NCBI GenBank assembly: GCA_012295275.1
Contig: CM022673.1
Coordinates: forward strand, 29,388,001-29,452,000
Direction of reading: 5' to 3'
Source: Chrysomallon squamiferum
Lineage: Eukaryota; Animalia; Mollusca
Length of the DNA stretch: 64,000 nucleotides
Of this stretch, positions 14,201 through 29,735 are shown one piece after another. The translations under genes were made by a program, and so were the position numbers. A model generated the notes under the pieces. That model was not told where the DNA came from, did not search any database, and saw nothing but the letters and a program-made list of their open reading frames with translations. The stretch's first letter is position 1. Each line of letters opens with the position of its first letter.

Positions 14201-15590
14201 AAAATTAAATTGATTTTTCATTAATAAGATAAAAACTACCTTCCTGCATGAAAAGGATGTTAATTGCGTTTTATGATTGCACAACAGAATCAATAGTAGT
14301 GAAAATGTAACTGTAACACTATCTTGAACTTGCTATTGTTTACTGTTATAAAATGATAGTTATTAGAAAAATTGAGGGAAAATGTTTTATTATCTGAAGA
14401 AAACAAATGCATTCAATGATAAAAACAATGCCACATATAGTGAGAACATTACTGTCAGTTAAACTAGACATTAAGACAATTCATAATATATCCAGAATTA
14501 TGTTTTCAATTAACAATGACAATATTAGATTTTAAAGAACTTTTATTTAAATTTTCTGAGTATGGCATTGTATGTTACCTGTGCCTGCGTTGTGATTTTG
14601 GTGCTTCCATTGTTAAAAGTCCAGTAGTATACAATATGAGAGCCACCTTCAGCAACTGCGGTCCAGATATGAGAGTTGATATGCCTGGAAACAAAGCAAT
14701 ATATTAAGTACAACAAAATATTTTAACCTATTATTGAAAAAAAAAAAAAAAAAAAAAAATGTCCTAAAATACAGTGTTTATATAGTAGACCAAACAATAT
14801 ATTCTGATGTTAGCAGTTACTGTTGTTTTAAAAAGAATCAAATCCAAATATACAACATGATTACATTTGCTCCAGCAAGGCACTGATTAAATATATTTTA
14901 GTTTTATGTATGAAAATTAAGAAAATAAAACTTTAATTATTAATTATTATTTTCATTTCAGAAAGAGACAAATCTAAATATCCAGAGTGTATGTAATAAG
15001 CCAGAGAATTTACTTTAACAATGGACTGTATTAAATATATTTTAGTTTATAAATATATTAACAAATTTTTTTTATAAAAACTGATTATCATTTGTTCTTT
15101 TTGGTTTTTTTCATATCAGAAAAAATCAGATATGAATATGTAATGTGGTATGCATTAGGCCAGAGAATTTGCTAAAAAATTCACTGTATTAAATATATTT
15201 TAGATTTTTGTTTTTTTTTGCATGGTTTAATTAGTGCAAGATCTTAATCATTGAACTTTTAATGAATGAATAATATAGAAAACAGTAAATTTTAATTAGA
15301 TTGTAATAATTGAAACATTCTAGTTCATTTTTATTTTTTATTTCTGTTTATTTAATTTTAATTTTCAAAGTAAACTTCATATATTACTGAATGTAATAAA
15401 ATTGTTGATGAAACATAAAATAAATTGTTTTAATTGAAACATTCTAGTTCATTTTTATTTTTTATTTCTGTTTATTTATTTTAATTTTCAAAGTAAACTT
15501 CATATATTACTGAAAGTAATAAAATTGTTGATAAAACAGAAAATAAATAGTTTTTCACTTATTAAGTTATCTCAGCTTTTTATCTGTTAC

Positions 15591-15671
<81 letters not shown>

Positions 15672-18600
15672 TTAATTTTTATTGTTACATTTTAGTATTC
15701 TGTTAGATCATTTAACCCATTATGTATGGTTCATATCCCAATCAGAAAATGTTTAATCTTTGCATAATTTTTCACTCTGGTTTGAATCAATAAGCACTCT
15801 GTGTTATGATATTGTTCAGTCAATGTATAGTTGTTCTTTTCTGGTTTAGCATTCATAAGAACGTTCTGTTAAATTCTTGTATAATTTCTCGTTTAGTTTC
15901 CATAATGTAATTCTCAATACAAAAGCCTGGTAAACCATTTTAGATTTGTTACTTTGGTTTATCATAAAACAACACCAAGTATCGAGCAGCTATTTTTCAC
16001 ACTGATGAATTGTCTACTGAAAGGTGAATGAAGTTACTCCAGGGTGAATGACTCTTGAGCAGAGCATAGTTGAAATGAAAATCACTAAAAACTTAAGAAA
16101 ATTTGGTCATGGGTGAACGAAGAATAGATAGTGAATAATACTTAAACAGTTTAAGAATCACTGAAAAACTATTGGATAATTTCTACATTTTCATTCACTG
16201 TTAAAGCTGATGTTTAATTATTTTATATTATGTGTCTTGATTTGTCATCATTGGCCAGTCTTGTGAACCTAGCTAAACAAACTGTACATTCTGCTTTCAT
16301 TGGTATCATTTAACACAGTATAAACCTCTGTTTAACTATTGTACATAACAAATATTTTTTGCTGTTTATAAATACCAGCTATTGTGTTATGGAACTGGGT
16401 GTCTCAAGACAAATATATCAACCATTCCTAGTCATATGTGTCTGGTATTTAGCAGTTGCTCATCAAAAGATACAATAAGCAAAGAACCTTTGTAATTACT
16501 TATGGGAGGAGTAAATTAACAGTAATAACATCAGAGATAACAACTTCATTGCCACATTATTACTCACACAGAAAATAGATTTATTTATGAAAATGTAACA
16601 AAAGATGATAGAGATAGTTGTAACAGAGGTATGTCGAGTATTTGTAACTACTTCTGTTATATAAAATATGAACCGAAAACAAATTGAAAATATTATTTAA
16701 AAAATGGATACAAAGTGTTTATGATGAATAAATAAAGGAATTTTTTTTTACAAAGTATTTATAAAACCTTTTTGTTTATCATCATTCCACTGAAATTTAA
16801 AAATATTCTTCAATGAAGAATTTAGATTCATTAATCATTTGAAACAACTGCTTATAACAGTTGCTATAAAGCCTGAAACCGATAAGTTTTTCTGTCACAT
16901 TCAAAGAAAGAAAAGGAAGTTATTACTAAAATTATATTATTAATTGAAATATCTATTTTTATTTTAACATGACAAAGACAAGTATTAGCAATTCAGTATA
17001 CTTTTTATCCTATGTGTAAAAATAAATTAAATTGTTTTTGTCAGTAACTTTTATTTTCAAATTATTTGTCACAAAGTGTGTACCACATTTAAAATACATA
17101 GTCAAATACATAATTCAAATTCTGTTGATTATAAAATTTATATTTTGATTAAAAAAAGTTTGTTCTTAGAAATTTTAATGACTATCTACTTACCAGTTAG
17201 ATAATACAATTTGTAATTCCAGATATCCAAAGCAATGAACAACAGTATCCAATTCTTAAAGGAAGACTGATTTAAAACTTTTAAAAATCTAAAATTTAAC
17301 CAATCTCCTTCTGTTGTAAATGTGTCCTGTGGAACACCAGTCTTCAAGCTAACAATACATCCATCTAACCAGAATCGCAGAATCATAACCATATAAGGCA
17401 CCACACATTTCCTACAAACTTCCTTTCTATTGCTTCAAGATGTGTCCCAAATGTGGAAAAAATTTGCCCGGGATTAAGCATTTGATCATGTTGTATCAAA
17501 AATAGCCATTCTCTGTGCAAGACAATGGCAAAGCAACTGTGACCAGCGGAAGCATGATCAGGGTGTGGGGTCGACAAGAATTGGTTTCATTTCTTTTTTA
17601 CTCTATCATGAAAAGTGATTGCTTTTAATATCGTCCAGAAATATTAAGCATAACTGGTTGACGTCAGATGCAAAATTATTTACAGGTTTTCAACCAAGAG
17701 GGATCACATTCTTTGGTGAGAAAAATTCTTCCCCTTTCAAAATAAATTCCCAACAGAAGTTGCTTGTGCACTATTCATAGTTCTAGTGGATGCCAGCAGT
17801 GAAGATGGCAATAGTCTTGCAGGATTCACCCAACCCAGGATGCCAAGCTTTCTGTTTAACTGACTGTTTTATTTTCACAATAAACATTGAATGCCTGCTG
17901 GGTAGTCTGACTGCCACCTTGAGAAAGCCTTGTAACTGAGAAAGCCTTGTTCCGATTACCAAACACATGTTCCTGTAAAAGCAAGATCAACAATGGTCTG
18001 GTGGACAATAGGCAGCAAGTTGTTGTAACAGGTAGCTGTCCTTCCTGTAATTGTTGTTCACCAAACAATGCTTCCATCTGATCACAATTATGTAGTCATT
18101 CTTTTTACTGCCTTTGTTTTTGTTCCCTTATTCTAATACTTCCATGATTTTACACAATTAGGAAACTTCTTGAAAAAGAAAACCTCTTACTCAATTTTTG
18201 GTTTTAGGTCCTCTAGTGCATTTTGTTGGTAAAATTATATATGAATAAAAATTAATTTCTAAAAGATGTCTCTAAGTTTTTTACTTTATGATGAAGTTAC
18301 TATTTAAATACATTCATTTTTTTTTAATTCCCTGAGGAAAAATTAATTCAAACTTAGGATCATTTGATCTTTTAAAACTATCAAGCACTGATGCCTTGAA
18401 ATCATAATTATTATTATTTAAAGGAAATTGTCTCTTTCTGAATGTGAGTCACAAGACTATTTCAGTATAAACCAGCTTTATTAATGTCTCTTTACTAATA
18501 CACACTTAAAAATCTACTTCTCAGTATATAAAAATGAAAAAGTGAATTTTCCAGCACTTTCAGATATTTATAATGTATATTGCAAGAAAAAAAAAAAATT

Positions 18601-21600
18601 CCATAACATATATTTTAAATATCTGAACTCATATTAAATTTAAGTTAATTATTGTTGTACTCTCCTTCAAAAATTAAATAAGAATAAGATAAAACGTCAC
18701 TTTTGTAAAGCTAAATATAAAACCTAAATCTAAAATCTAAATATAAAACCTGAATCTCTACAAAGGATGTACAGATGTCTTTAAAACTGAATAAATACTA
18801 TTTAAAATATACATGCACTTAATGACATATTTTTTTCCCCATTTTTTTTTTTTTAGTTTTATTCTTCTTTTTTTTGGTTTGTTTTATTAAAAATCTAATG
18901 CATACACATGATGTTTCCAAAAGATGTTTTGATAAGACAAACAGAAAGAAAGATTTTCAGATAGAAAGCTGAATAAGCCCGAAGCACATGAGATAAAGAA
19001 AGAAATGTATCTAGCCATCTCTGGGTGGAATATGTAGATTGTTTGTTACTACAGCAATATAATATCTGCCCAGTTTTTCCCTGCCATTTGAAGAACAGAG
19101 TGTTGTCAGAGCAAGTGTTTTAAAAATGATCACAAAGCTGACTAATCACTGATCCCAGCAAATGTATGATTCACTGATAAAGCATGAGAGAAAAAATAAA
19201 TATGAGTTTGATATAAAAATAGCAAGCAGAAGATAACACACACATGCACGCCATGCACACAAACACGCATACAGCATACACAATTACACATACTATTAAA
19301 TTAAATTCAAATAATCATATATTTTGGAAGATTTATATAAAACATTAATATTTTAAATTTAAATATTAAAAATAAAATTTCAATAATATAACACTTGGTG
19401 ACAATCATGTGGTCACAACAGCAATCACTGCAAATTATCTTGATATCAAACTGATACTGGTCTGCTGTAATTTAATGATATTGACATAAAACATTAAATC
19501 TTTGATTAGCATACAGAAATTAATAACGATCAATGAAAGCTTTTAATAGTGTGGGATATATTCTGTATGTTATCCAGCAAGCGGAAACTTGACAGAACCT
19601 CAAACAAACAAAAAAAGAAATCAGTCTTCAAATTTGGCTGAATACAAAAATATAAATGAAAAAAAAAAACAATAATAATAAAATCTATTTAAAAAAAGAT
19701 ATCAACAACTAACATAAATAATGAATAATCAAAACAGAAAATTACTACTTGACATTCCATTTAACATCTAACTGTAGGATAATTTTAAATTGTTTCTCAC
19801 ATTTTTTTCATTTGTTTGTTTGCTTGTTCAGATAAACACTTTAAGATTGCTTTCTTCCTGTACTTAATCAATCTCTCAGAACAAAAATCACAAGATACTG
19901 TAACTATTTACACATTTAATCTAACACCAATTTTCAGTTCCTGTTTCAGTTTGCTCAAATCATTAATGACCTTCTGTTCAATGACAAAGAAACAGAAATA
20001 TCAAAGACTGGTAACTGAAAAAGGTTTCAGCATTACATAGACATTATTCTTACTGCTGATACCCTAACTGCTTATGTTCACCAAGAGTCAATGTAAAAAA
20101 AAAAATATATATAAAATTATCATTAAAAATGTCAGGGAAAAATACATTAAAACATTTTTAAAAATCAGAAAACAGTTAATTTTATTCAGCATATAAAATG
20201 AAAGTTTTAGAAGATATTAATTACAGAAGATTTGTAAATCAAGCCAACTGAGATGATACTTCTACTGTTAAAACATGCATAATAATACTGTGAATAACAA
20301 TGTGAAAAGAAATGTAGTTCATGAATATGTAAACTTTCTTTCACAATGTTCCTTTGTTTTTGTGAGGTTTTTTGTTTGTCTCTTTGTATAATGTGTATGC
20401 ATGTATACATGTACTATTTTTTTTTTTTTTTTAAATTCCATAGAATTGCACAACTGAAATAAAATAATGTGTAAACTCAGTGATAAACAAAGTATTAAGT
20501 ATCGTTAACATACTGGAGGTATTCATTATTTTTTTTAAATTTTAATCTAGTTTGTATCCTTTAAGGAGGCAGATCAATATATATTTTGCATTTTGATAGT
20601 TGAAATGCATCGAACTGATTACACAACACACAACTTGTGTCTCACAAGTTTAAAGTTTTTTTCTTACACTAGTTAAGTAAAGAGTTATATGAGAATAAAT
20701 GTATTTTCACATTAAACAGTGATATAGAATGCTGCAGAAAAGATGATAAAGAAAAATATATTAATGTTAAACATCCATCTATCCTTTCAAATGAAGAGAG
20801 TAAATTTATAAGTGTTCATAAAAATCATTTGTTTTCTGCGTGTTGATAAATGCTTTGGTTTGGTTGTTACTAATATTACTTGAGATACAGTAAAAATTAA
20901 TTTCTTAGTACCTTTAGCAGTCAAAAGTTATTCAGTTAAACCAGAATTACTAAAATATTCATCTCAGTAGTGAAGGGACTTAATACTAATTTACAGATTA
21001 CAGTTGCTGGTGGAATGTATTAAAATTTTCATCGAGCAACTATTAACTATAAAATAGTCAAATTGTGGAAAACAATTAAGTCTTTTTAAATACTCTGAAT
21101 TCTTTATATGTCAAATGCAACATATCTATATGTTCATATCATTTTTAAAAAGTAGAAATACTTAAAGGTAACTAAAAGAAAAACCAGTGATTGAAGAAAA
21201 TAAAGACCAAACCTTACCTTTCAATTTCGACTGCTGATGGACCTTTCAGAGTCAGACTTCTGATTGGTTCTTCCACAGTAACATATGACTGCAAAGTGTG
21301 CAATTCTGTCTGGTGCTCACCAAATATGGAAACGCCCAACTTGTAGACACATGGTAGTGAAAAAGCATGCTTCCAGCTGGAGGAGAAACAATAGCAACAT
21401 CATTAGAGAACAAATGTCGAAAGTCAAAGTCAGGTCATGCAAAATTTATATGTGAGTAGGTAACTGGGAATCTTGAATTGCAGACCCACGCAGATGATAA
21501 TATCAACAATAAAACAGAATGCTTGCACTATGTAAAAATAAGACCACCTATAAGCCATATATATAGTTTGCATTCCCAAGGGTTTTGAGAAAAATGACAT

Positions 21601-22235
21601 CAAAGTGTGTAACTGGACTTGGATCGTTGGAGATAATGCTATTTTAGGTGGGGGTTTTCTTGTGAGATTTTGAGATTTTCAAATCTCCATCACATTATGG
21701 GCATAACAAAATTAGTTAGAAAACTCTCTTTTACAGGTGTAATGTCTTTATATAGCAACTTATTAATAATATCAACACCAAAATTCTATCAAACTATATA
21801 TATATGCTAATGCCAAAAATATACATAATCTAATTAAAGAGGGATACACAAAAAACATTAATAATAAATCAATGAATATTGATAGTATAAAAAAACAAAA
21901 CAAGAGCTGTTGCACCAACTCATTAAGTAATGGACTGCTTGAACTCTCCAGTGATAAACATTTTTATATTTCCCATGCCTTTTCCACAGTCACTAATCAC
22001 AATCACTAATATTTGTAATAACAATATCAAAGCTGTGTGAAGAACATATAGTTTTTAAATCTGCTGTTGAAGGGTAATATTCACAAGTGATTGAATTTAG
22101 AGAGGATTTGCTGAACAAGATATTCTCCTATGTATGACTTGTAATTAGATAACTTATTAATATCCAGCTTAGATATGAAAATTTAATATAACCAAGAATT
22201 TATATATATAATTAAAAAAAAATTAGGATCCTGGC

Positions 22236-22270
<35 letters not shown>

Positions 22271-23754
22271 TAACAATAACAATAACAATAACAATAATAA
22301 TAATAACAATAAAAATAACAATAACAACAACAATGATGACAATAATATTAATAATCATTATCAAGATCTCTATCATTCCATCAGTACTAACAATTATATT
22401 AAGGATAATAATAACAGTGTAAAAAACAAACAGATTTATCCTGGCTAATTTAGATTGTCACAACAATGCCTTAGGCATCTTATTTTATAACAAAGAGATT
22501 CACTGAAAATGTTTACATTAACATTATGTAATATTTTATATGTTTTTCTTATATTCACCAAGTCTATAAAAACAACTTGAACAAGCCAAATATATAAGCA
22601 GACCAACTACCGTCAGATGCTATTGATTAACAATAAAGTAAGTCTCCTTTAATTTTATCATCCAATATATTTCAACCACATGTTTTATCAATGACGTAAT
22701 TACCTCAACTTCCTTTAGGCATCAAACATTATGGGACATTAACAATACGCTTTATTGAAGATTATTTTATATTTTTTTTATACTTGTACTTTTGTATTTT
22801 TATTTATTTATTTAGTTAGTTATTTATTATTTTTCTTTTCTTTTTTCTTTTTTAAATTATTTACCACTCATTTTATTTATTTGTAATGATGTAAGCCAAA
22901 ATGAAATTTCTTTTACAAGTTAATTAAGAGAAAATTATAAAGAATATTTAAAAATAAATGGAAAGAATATAAATAACATATTTACTGAATGTTTTTTGTA
23001 ACATGCATATAATAAAAACACATACACACACAAATTTATATATATGAAATACAGTTTACATATAATAAAAAAAAACACCTATGATTGTATCTTTATTAAT
23101 ATAATTTCAGATTTACTGATATAATTTTAATAAATAAAAAGGTTATCTTTAATTAAATTCTGACACTGGTCTGGGACCAGTTAACAGAGCACAAAGAAAG
23201 GAAAAAATTCCACCTGACCTATAAATATTTGGCAAACAATATATATAATGGCACTTTCCTTTATTTTTCTTGAGCAAGAAATCCTAAGTAAAGCCACTGA
23301 TATCAGACATATGTTATCAACATGATGGCATGTGTGATATTCCACCAGCTATTGTACTGCACAGTGACCATTTTTTAACCAGGAAAACCACAAACTTTCA
23401 ATTAACACTTGCAAGGAACATAAAATATAAACAAAAGAATGAAATCAATTGTTTTTCTTATAAAAATCAAAAAAGTAAAATGAGCACTATTGTTTGAGAG
23501 TATGATTAAAGAAATGAAATCAGTTATTTTTCTGTTAATAAAATTGTTTTAGTTGGAAAACAGAAATATTTGGAAACAAAGAAAGGCTCTAAATACATTA
23601 TTTGTAAAAAAAAAAAAAAAAAAAAAAATTGTCTATTGTTTTCTGGTTCTAGTTTGTCAAAGTCATGATATTAACCTTTTATTTTCAGACTAAGAATGTA
23701 TCAGTGCATATTTTGCACATATGTTCTTTATAAATAATATGTGGTTTTTTGTGT

Positions 23755-23786
<32 letters not shown>

Positions 23787-24311
23787 AAGTGCATATTGTT
23801 TTTGTGTTTTGTTTTTTGTTACTGAGCTTGTAACATTAGTCATACATGCATACATACATACAAGAAATATATCAAATTAAGCAAATACCAACACTATGTG
23901 CAATATACAAAGCAAACATGTTGTGGTATAAATACCTTATGTAACACAATTAAATTCAAGAATTAATATATATATTTTCTAAAAATGTAGCCAATCAAAA
24001 TATTTGTACTTTGAAGCTTAATCCAAGGTAAAACTTAAGATCAAGTAAGAGTACTTTTATCTTTACTATTCTTTGAAGATTTTGAATAAACATTACTCGG
24101 AAATCAAATTTTGTGTCAGACTTTCTTTTGTTAACATGTTGTCACTGTATTATTAATAAGACTATTTTGAAGTACCATTCACATTTAACTGTAATAATTT
24201 GAACAGTAACATCAGCAGAACAAGATTTTTTTTTTTTTTTAAATGACCAAATTGCAATGCTTCTCTCTCTCTCTCTGTCAATTGTTGCTTCAAAAAAGTA
24301 ATAATAACAAA

Positions 24312-24342
<31 letters not shown>

Positions 24343-27300
24343 ACAAACAAATAAATAAATAAATAAATAATTAAACAAAACTATTGAATAATCTGAAACT
24401 GAATTCACTCATAAATTAGAATCTATTGTTGTTTCAAATGTACTGCTGTTTTATGCATTCTCTATTCTTATTCTCTGTTACAGTCATTAATATCAGTAAG
24501 ATTGTATTACTTAAGAGTTAAAAGGAGTATTTAAAACTTTTAATTATATCACATATTTATTAAAAACCATAGAAGTAAATAAAAATTACTAACAGATGAT
24601 TTAATAGAATAATAATGACACAACCTTCAAATGAAAATGATGAAATAAGTGGCTATGTATATCCATTACATATAATAATATTTTTGTCATTGTTAAGCAT
24701 TAGACACAAAAATAATTTTTTTCTTCTTTTTTCAACATTTAATAAATACTGAAGTATTGCAACTGTTCTATTTATAATGGTATAAATATTTGATGTTTTA
24801 ATTATGGTTTTCAAATGGATAAAATAAACAATGTGTCTATCCACCCCTACTGCTAAATATACATTTATTATCAGTATAATCATATCAGTTTATGCATCTT
24901 ACCTCGAGGTGTTGAAGTATTCTTCAAATTTTCCATTACTGATATTAAAAGTTATACGCTCCACAAAATCAATACCCTAGAAAGAAATAAAAAAATATAT
25001 GTATTAATAAATTAAGAACAACATAACAAAAAAATAATAATAAAAAAAAAAAAAAAAAAGCAAATATAAATATTTTATATTCCCAACAAAGCAAATAAAA
25101 AACCAACAATCAATAATCAAATGAAAATGTAAATAGATAGTTTCCACATTAAAAAAAAAGAAACGAAAAAAAATGGAACACACACAAAACAATGTAACTA
25201 AAATCTAAATAGATGTTTTCTGTTCCATTTTTTTTTTTTAATTAATTAATTAACAGAAATAAAATGATATACAAGTTCCATCCTAATGACTAATAATGAA
25301 ACTATATAAAAATTACCTTATAGGCTTGAAAACAACCTAACAGGACTGAAATGGAATGCTGCCGGTCCACTTTCACATGGGACAAGAGTGTTATGAAAAG
25401 CAGGCAACACAAAGCAGTGTGTGATAGCAGTGTTTGGTACTTTGAAGTGATTGGCCAACTTAATGAAATGAAATTTCCTAATCAATGCAGGATCATGTGT
25501 TTCGTGGCAGGTACCACCCATTTCTAGTACCTGTGCTTTATAATCAGGTAACCACAATACGTTAATAGATTTTGTGGTCAATGGAATACAAAAACAAAAT
25601 ATGTCAGTGTTCTGTTAAATTTCATTAAGAATTAAATTGTCTTTATCAGTGTAAAATATCTCTAGTCTCTTTTATTATAATAATGATGGATGTTATTTTA
25701 AAAGATATTATTTCTATACAATCGAAACATTTAAATTTTGTACAATTTTGTTTTATTTTTTATTATTATTCTTAAAATAAGAAGGCTTTCAGAAAGACAT
25801 ACCACACAGGAAATAAAGAGGTTATTATAGATGTTAATGAATTTAATTTTTTGTTGCAAAAGTATTATCTTTCTATTTAATTATTTTTTTATATATACAT
25901 ATATATTTTTTTTTTAATGCTTTTATGTATTTTAGTATTTATTTACTTTTATTGAATTCTTTAATTGGTTTTTATTTTTTTATTATTTTAAAGGTATAAT
26001 GACTCCTTTGTTTTCAAATAAAGAAGTCATTCATACACACAGTCATCACCAAATGTGTATTTTAATGGCAACAACCTGTGAATAAAAGGACAATGTACTT
26101 AATGCAATAAAGAATATTATTTATTGAAAACCAAAATGTTTTTGTTCCAAACAATATACACATACCATTATCAACAATACATCTCTAATTCTTCAGTTAG
26201 AGGAAACATTAATAAGGCAAACAATGTTCATATGTACACTATCCATCAGATAAAAACAAACATTTGCTGTTTAGCAATTAAATTATTAAGTAATTATCAC
26301 AATTTAGCCATTTAAATGCTTGTATTGGGCAACAGAAACACCTGACAGATTAAATTCTGATTAGATGTAACTGGATACTTCAGATCACCTTTTCACACTG
26401 GAGAAAGGCAATTGTAATTACAAAGTAATTATCACCTCCCAGTAACTGGAGTGGCTTTTCTGTGGTTTCCTTTACAGCGACAGACAGTGAATGTGATAGA
26501 CTGTACACAGCACTTCAGTATCCCGTGACTAACTAAACTCAGGTGTGTTGTCACAAACTGTATTCTTCATCATGATTCATGATTACAACAAATGAACTCA
26601 CAGGATCTTTATGCCAGATATCAGTTACATTTAGTTAGTGTATAATTATATATCCATGGTTATATTCTCTAAATAAGAAGTACTTGACATACAAAGTTGC
26701 ATATAAAACTATGGAATGCATTATAAACAACAAATAAAAGAAGAAAAAGAAGAGATGTTGTTTTTCTTATTATCATCATCATCATCATCATTATTACTGT
26801 TAACATTGTTGTTATTATTATTGTTATTGTTGTTATTGTTCTTGTTGTCATCATCATCATCATCATCATCATATTTATTCAGTAAACAAAATTATCTCAA
26901 TAATTATTCAATGTTATTATTATTATTATTATGATCATTATTATTTACTGAACAAGAAAAATGTTATTTAGTATATAGGTTTTATTTTTTATTTTTTTAT
27001 CAACATAATTATTATTTATAAAGCTTACTGAAATAACATACCATTATAAACAGAACAATAATGTTATATAGTTACAGCAACTAAAAGTGATATTCAGACT
27101 GCAAGACAGCTGGAGAGTGTGTTCATTATAAGAAAGCATGAACAGATCTCTGATGAAAGCAACAAAATAAAAGAAAAAGAAAAGTAAAAAAAAATATAAT
27201 CATGATACAAAACTAGTGTTAAAGTTATTAAACTGTGAGTCTTATAGGTAGTACAAATATATGACCACTAAATGAAAATGCCTCCTACTGAAAATTAACC

Positions 27301-28488
27301 ACTGAAGTGTATGACTTCTGCTATTGATTCTTTTTTCTTTTTCTTGATTAAACTTTCTTATCTTCTAATTTTGTAAGTTACATTCTTGGACATTCTAAAT
27401 AAGGTTTCCAGTACATATATTGCTCTGATAACCAACTAAAAAATTTTCCAACCTAACTCAAAATAATTTTTATGTGTTTATATAATCAACATAACATGCA
27501 TTTTTTTTATAAATCCAAAATAATTCTGAATGAGACATATACTTTTCTGAACCAGACTCAATTACAATTAATTATTTACACTAGATATATGTATTTCCCT
27601 AACACAAATTAAATTTCATATTTAATAAGCTGCAAATTTTACACATTTTTTAATTTTTTTTTTTTTTTTGCTTAATCTACATTACAGATAATATTTACAA
27701 CCAAACCAAGATGTTCCCTGTTTACATTTTCATATCACGCATTAACAGTGCACTAAACACTGTTCTGCTGTTTATTATGATTATTTGGAAAAATAATAAT
27801 TTTTTAAGTCAGACAATTACAGACAAATGCCAAGCAGAGCTTCTCTGTTTGTTGTTTTCTGACAATGGATTCCCAAAACTGCAGATGTATAATTGCTAGG
27901 TGGAGCAAACTCAGACTAGATGAAGCAGGTGTTTCTTGCTTTACTCAGTGACACAGCTAAAACAAAAAGCACTGCAACACAAGCAAACAAATGTAAATAT
28001 TTGTGTGAGAAGAAACACTTACTGTCAGTGTGAAGAGAACATCCTCAAAGGTCTTCACAGCAGCCGCATGGACCAGTCGGACCCCAGCAGCTCTCCCTTC
28101 TTCCACGGTAACCTCTTGTTGCTTAGCAGCCAAAGAAACTGAAACAATAAACATCACTGGAGTCTTAAGTTTTACCTTATGCTAAGACAAATAATCAAGA
28201 GAGAATTTTTTTTTTTCTTGCTTTCTGTCTTTCTTGAATCAAATATAGAATTGGAGACAAATTCAGTATCTGATTACCTATTCAGATGTTTGGTATTTTA
28301 TCTCAGTGAGAAAATAAAACTGTGTACAAATGGCAATTAAATGTAGTATCTGTTTATGTCTGTTCCTGCTGCACTAGTTTTAACTTTCTAAGCAAAGCAT
28401 AGTTAACATTTAATTAACTGCTCCAAATACAATGAGCATCATTTAGATGAAATATAAATTTACTAAAGAAAAAAGCACTGACATAAAT

Positions 28489-28526
<38 letters not shown>

Positions 28527-29689
28527 CCTCTAACAAATTATGATCTAAAATAATTATAAAATACACCCACATCCTTACCAACTTAAGCACATATAAATCA
28601 GACACATGCACACTCACACACATACATATAACTCAACCTCATACCCAAACTTTAATAAACAAGTACAACACCATGTCTACGCATATATGTACATTATAAT
28701 TAAGGCTATTACATGCACCTCTGTATGTATTGAGAAATCAACATCTAATTAGACAGTTCACAGACATTGATCAGGAATACACTGACAATGTTTGTGACTT
28801 CACAAACATCACAAAGTGAATAAACCTGAACATGAGCTGACATCTAATTTCCCATACTCGAAGGTGGATGACGACAGTCTCAACTACAGAGACATTCTTT
28901 AATCTAAGAGCCATTAAATGTGTATATGTTTGTGTACAAGAAACACAGTCATGTAAACTTCTCTTTCACTTTATCTGTACTGTCACTTTGAAATAGAAAC
29001 AGTCATCTATCTTTGTACTCAGTATCTTTAAGAATAATAATTTCTTAGTTAACTTTAAATAAATAAACTCTATTTAAAATACCTATGAGATGAAATCTTC
29101 ATTAATTTCTACTGTATAAATATGTTAGTGATAAAACAATGAAATTAGAAAAGAAAATGGTGGGGGGAAAAGAAACACTAAAAGAAAATAAACGGTATCA
29201 ATGAACAAATATCTCAGTTTAAGTATTATGCTGTTTACTGTACCTTTGCCTGATTTCCTTACACGTGACTCCAGATGTCTGAAAACTTCAATTTAATGCT
29301 CAACACTAACAGTACAATCAACCTTAATCTTTACAAACACATTTAATTTTTTTATTTTTTCAAAGAAACAGTGAGCGAATCGCTGAGCCAAAATAATCAA
29401 AGCTGACATTTAACTGAAATGGAATATTGCACCTTTTCATAATGCTTTCTCCTCTACTCCTTTCAGATACAGGGCATGTCTCATGTGGCTGCCATCTTTC
29501 ATTTCATCAGCGAATTTTCTATGATGTGATCTAAACAATCAAGGGGGAAAATTTCTTGACAATAAGCCAAACAAAACAGTACCATTGCCAAATTTTGTGT
29601 CTTTGCATAGTTACAGCAATTTCTTTTTTCTTTCTCCATTTTTGTTCTCTTAAATATTTTAATATACTATTTATCAATAGTTGTCATTA

Positions 29690-29735
<46 letters not shown>

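Noticed and set aside
7935-14202. Several + strand ORFs (7935, 8644, 12325, 13757, 14014)
   Set aside because: They are antisense shadows of real PKD exons.
25318-25581. 87-aa minus-strand ORF containing LPAFH
   Set aside because: It is not needed for the spliced frame and shows only one short motif with no supporting context.
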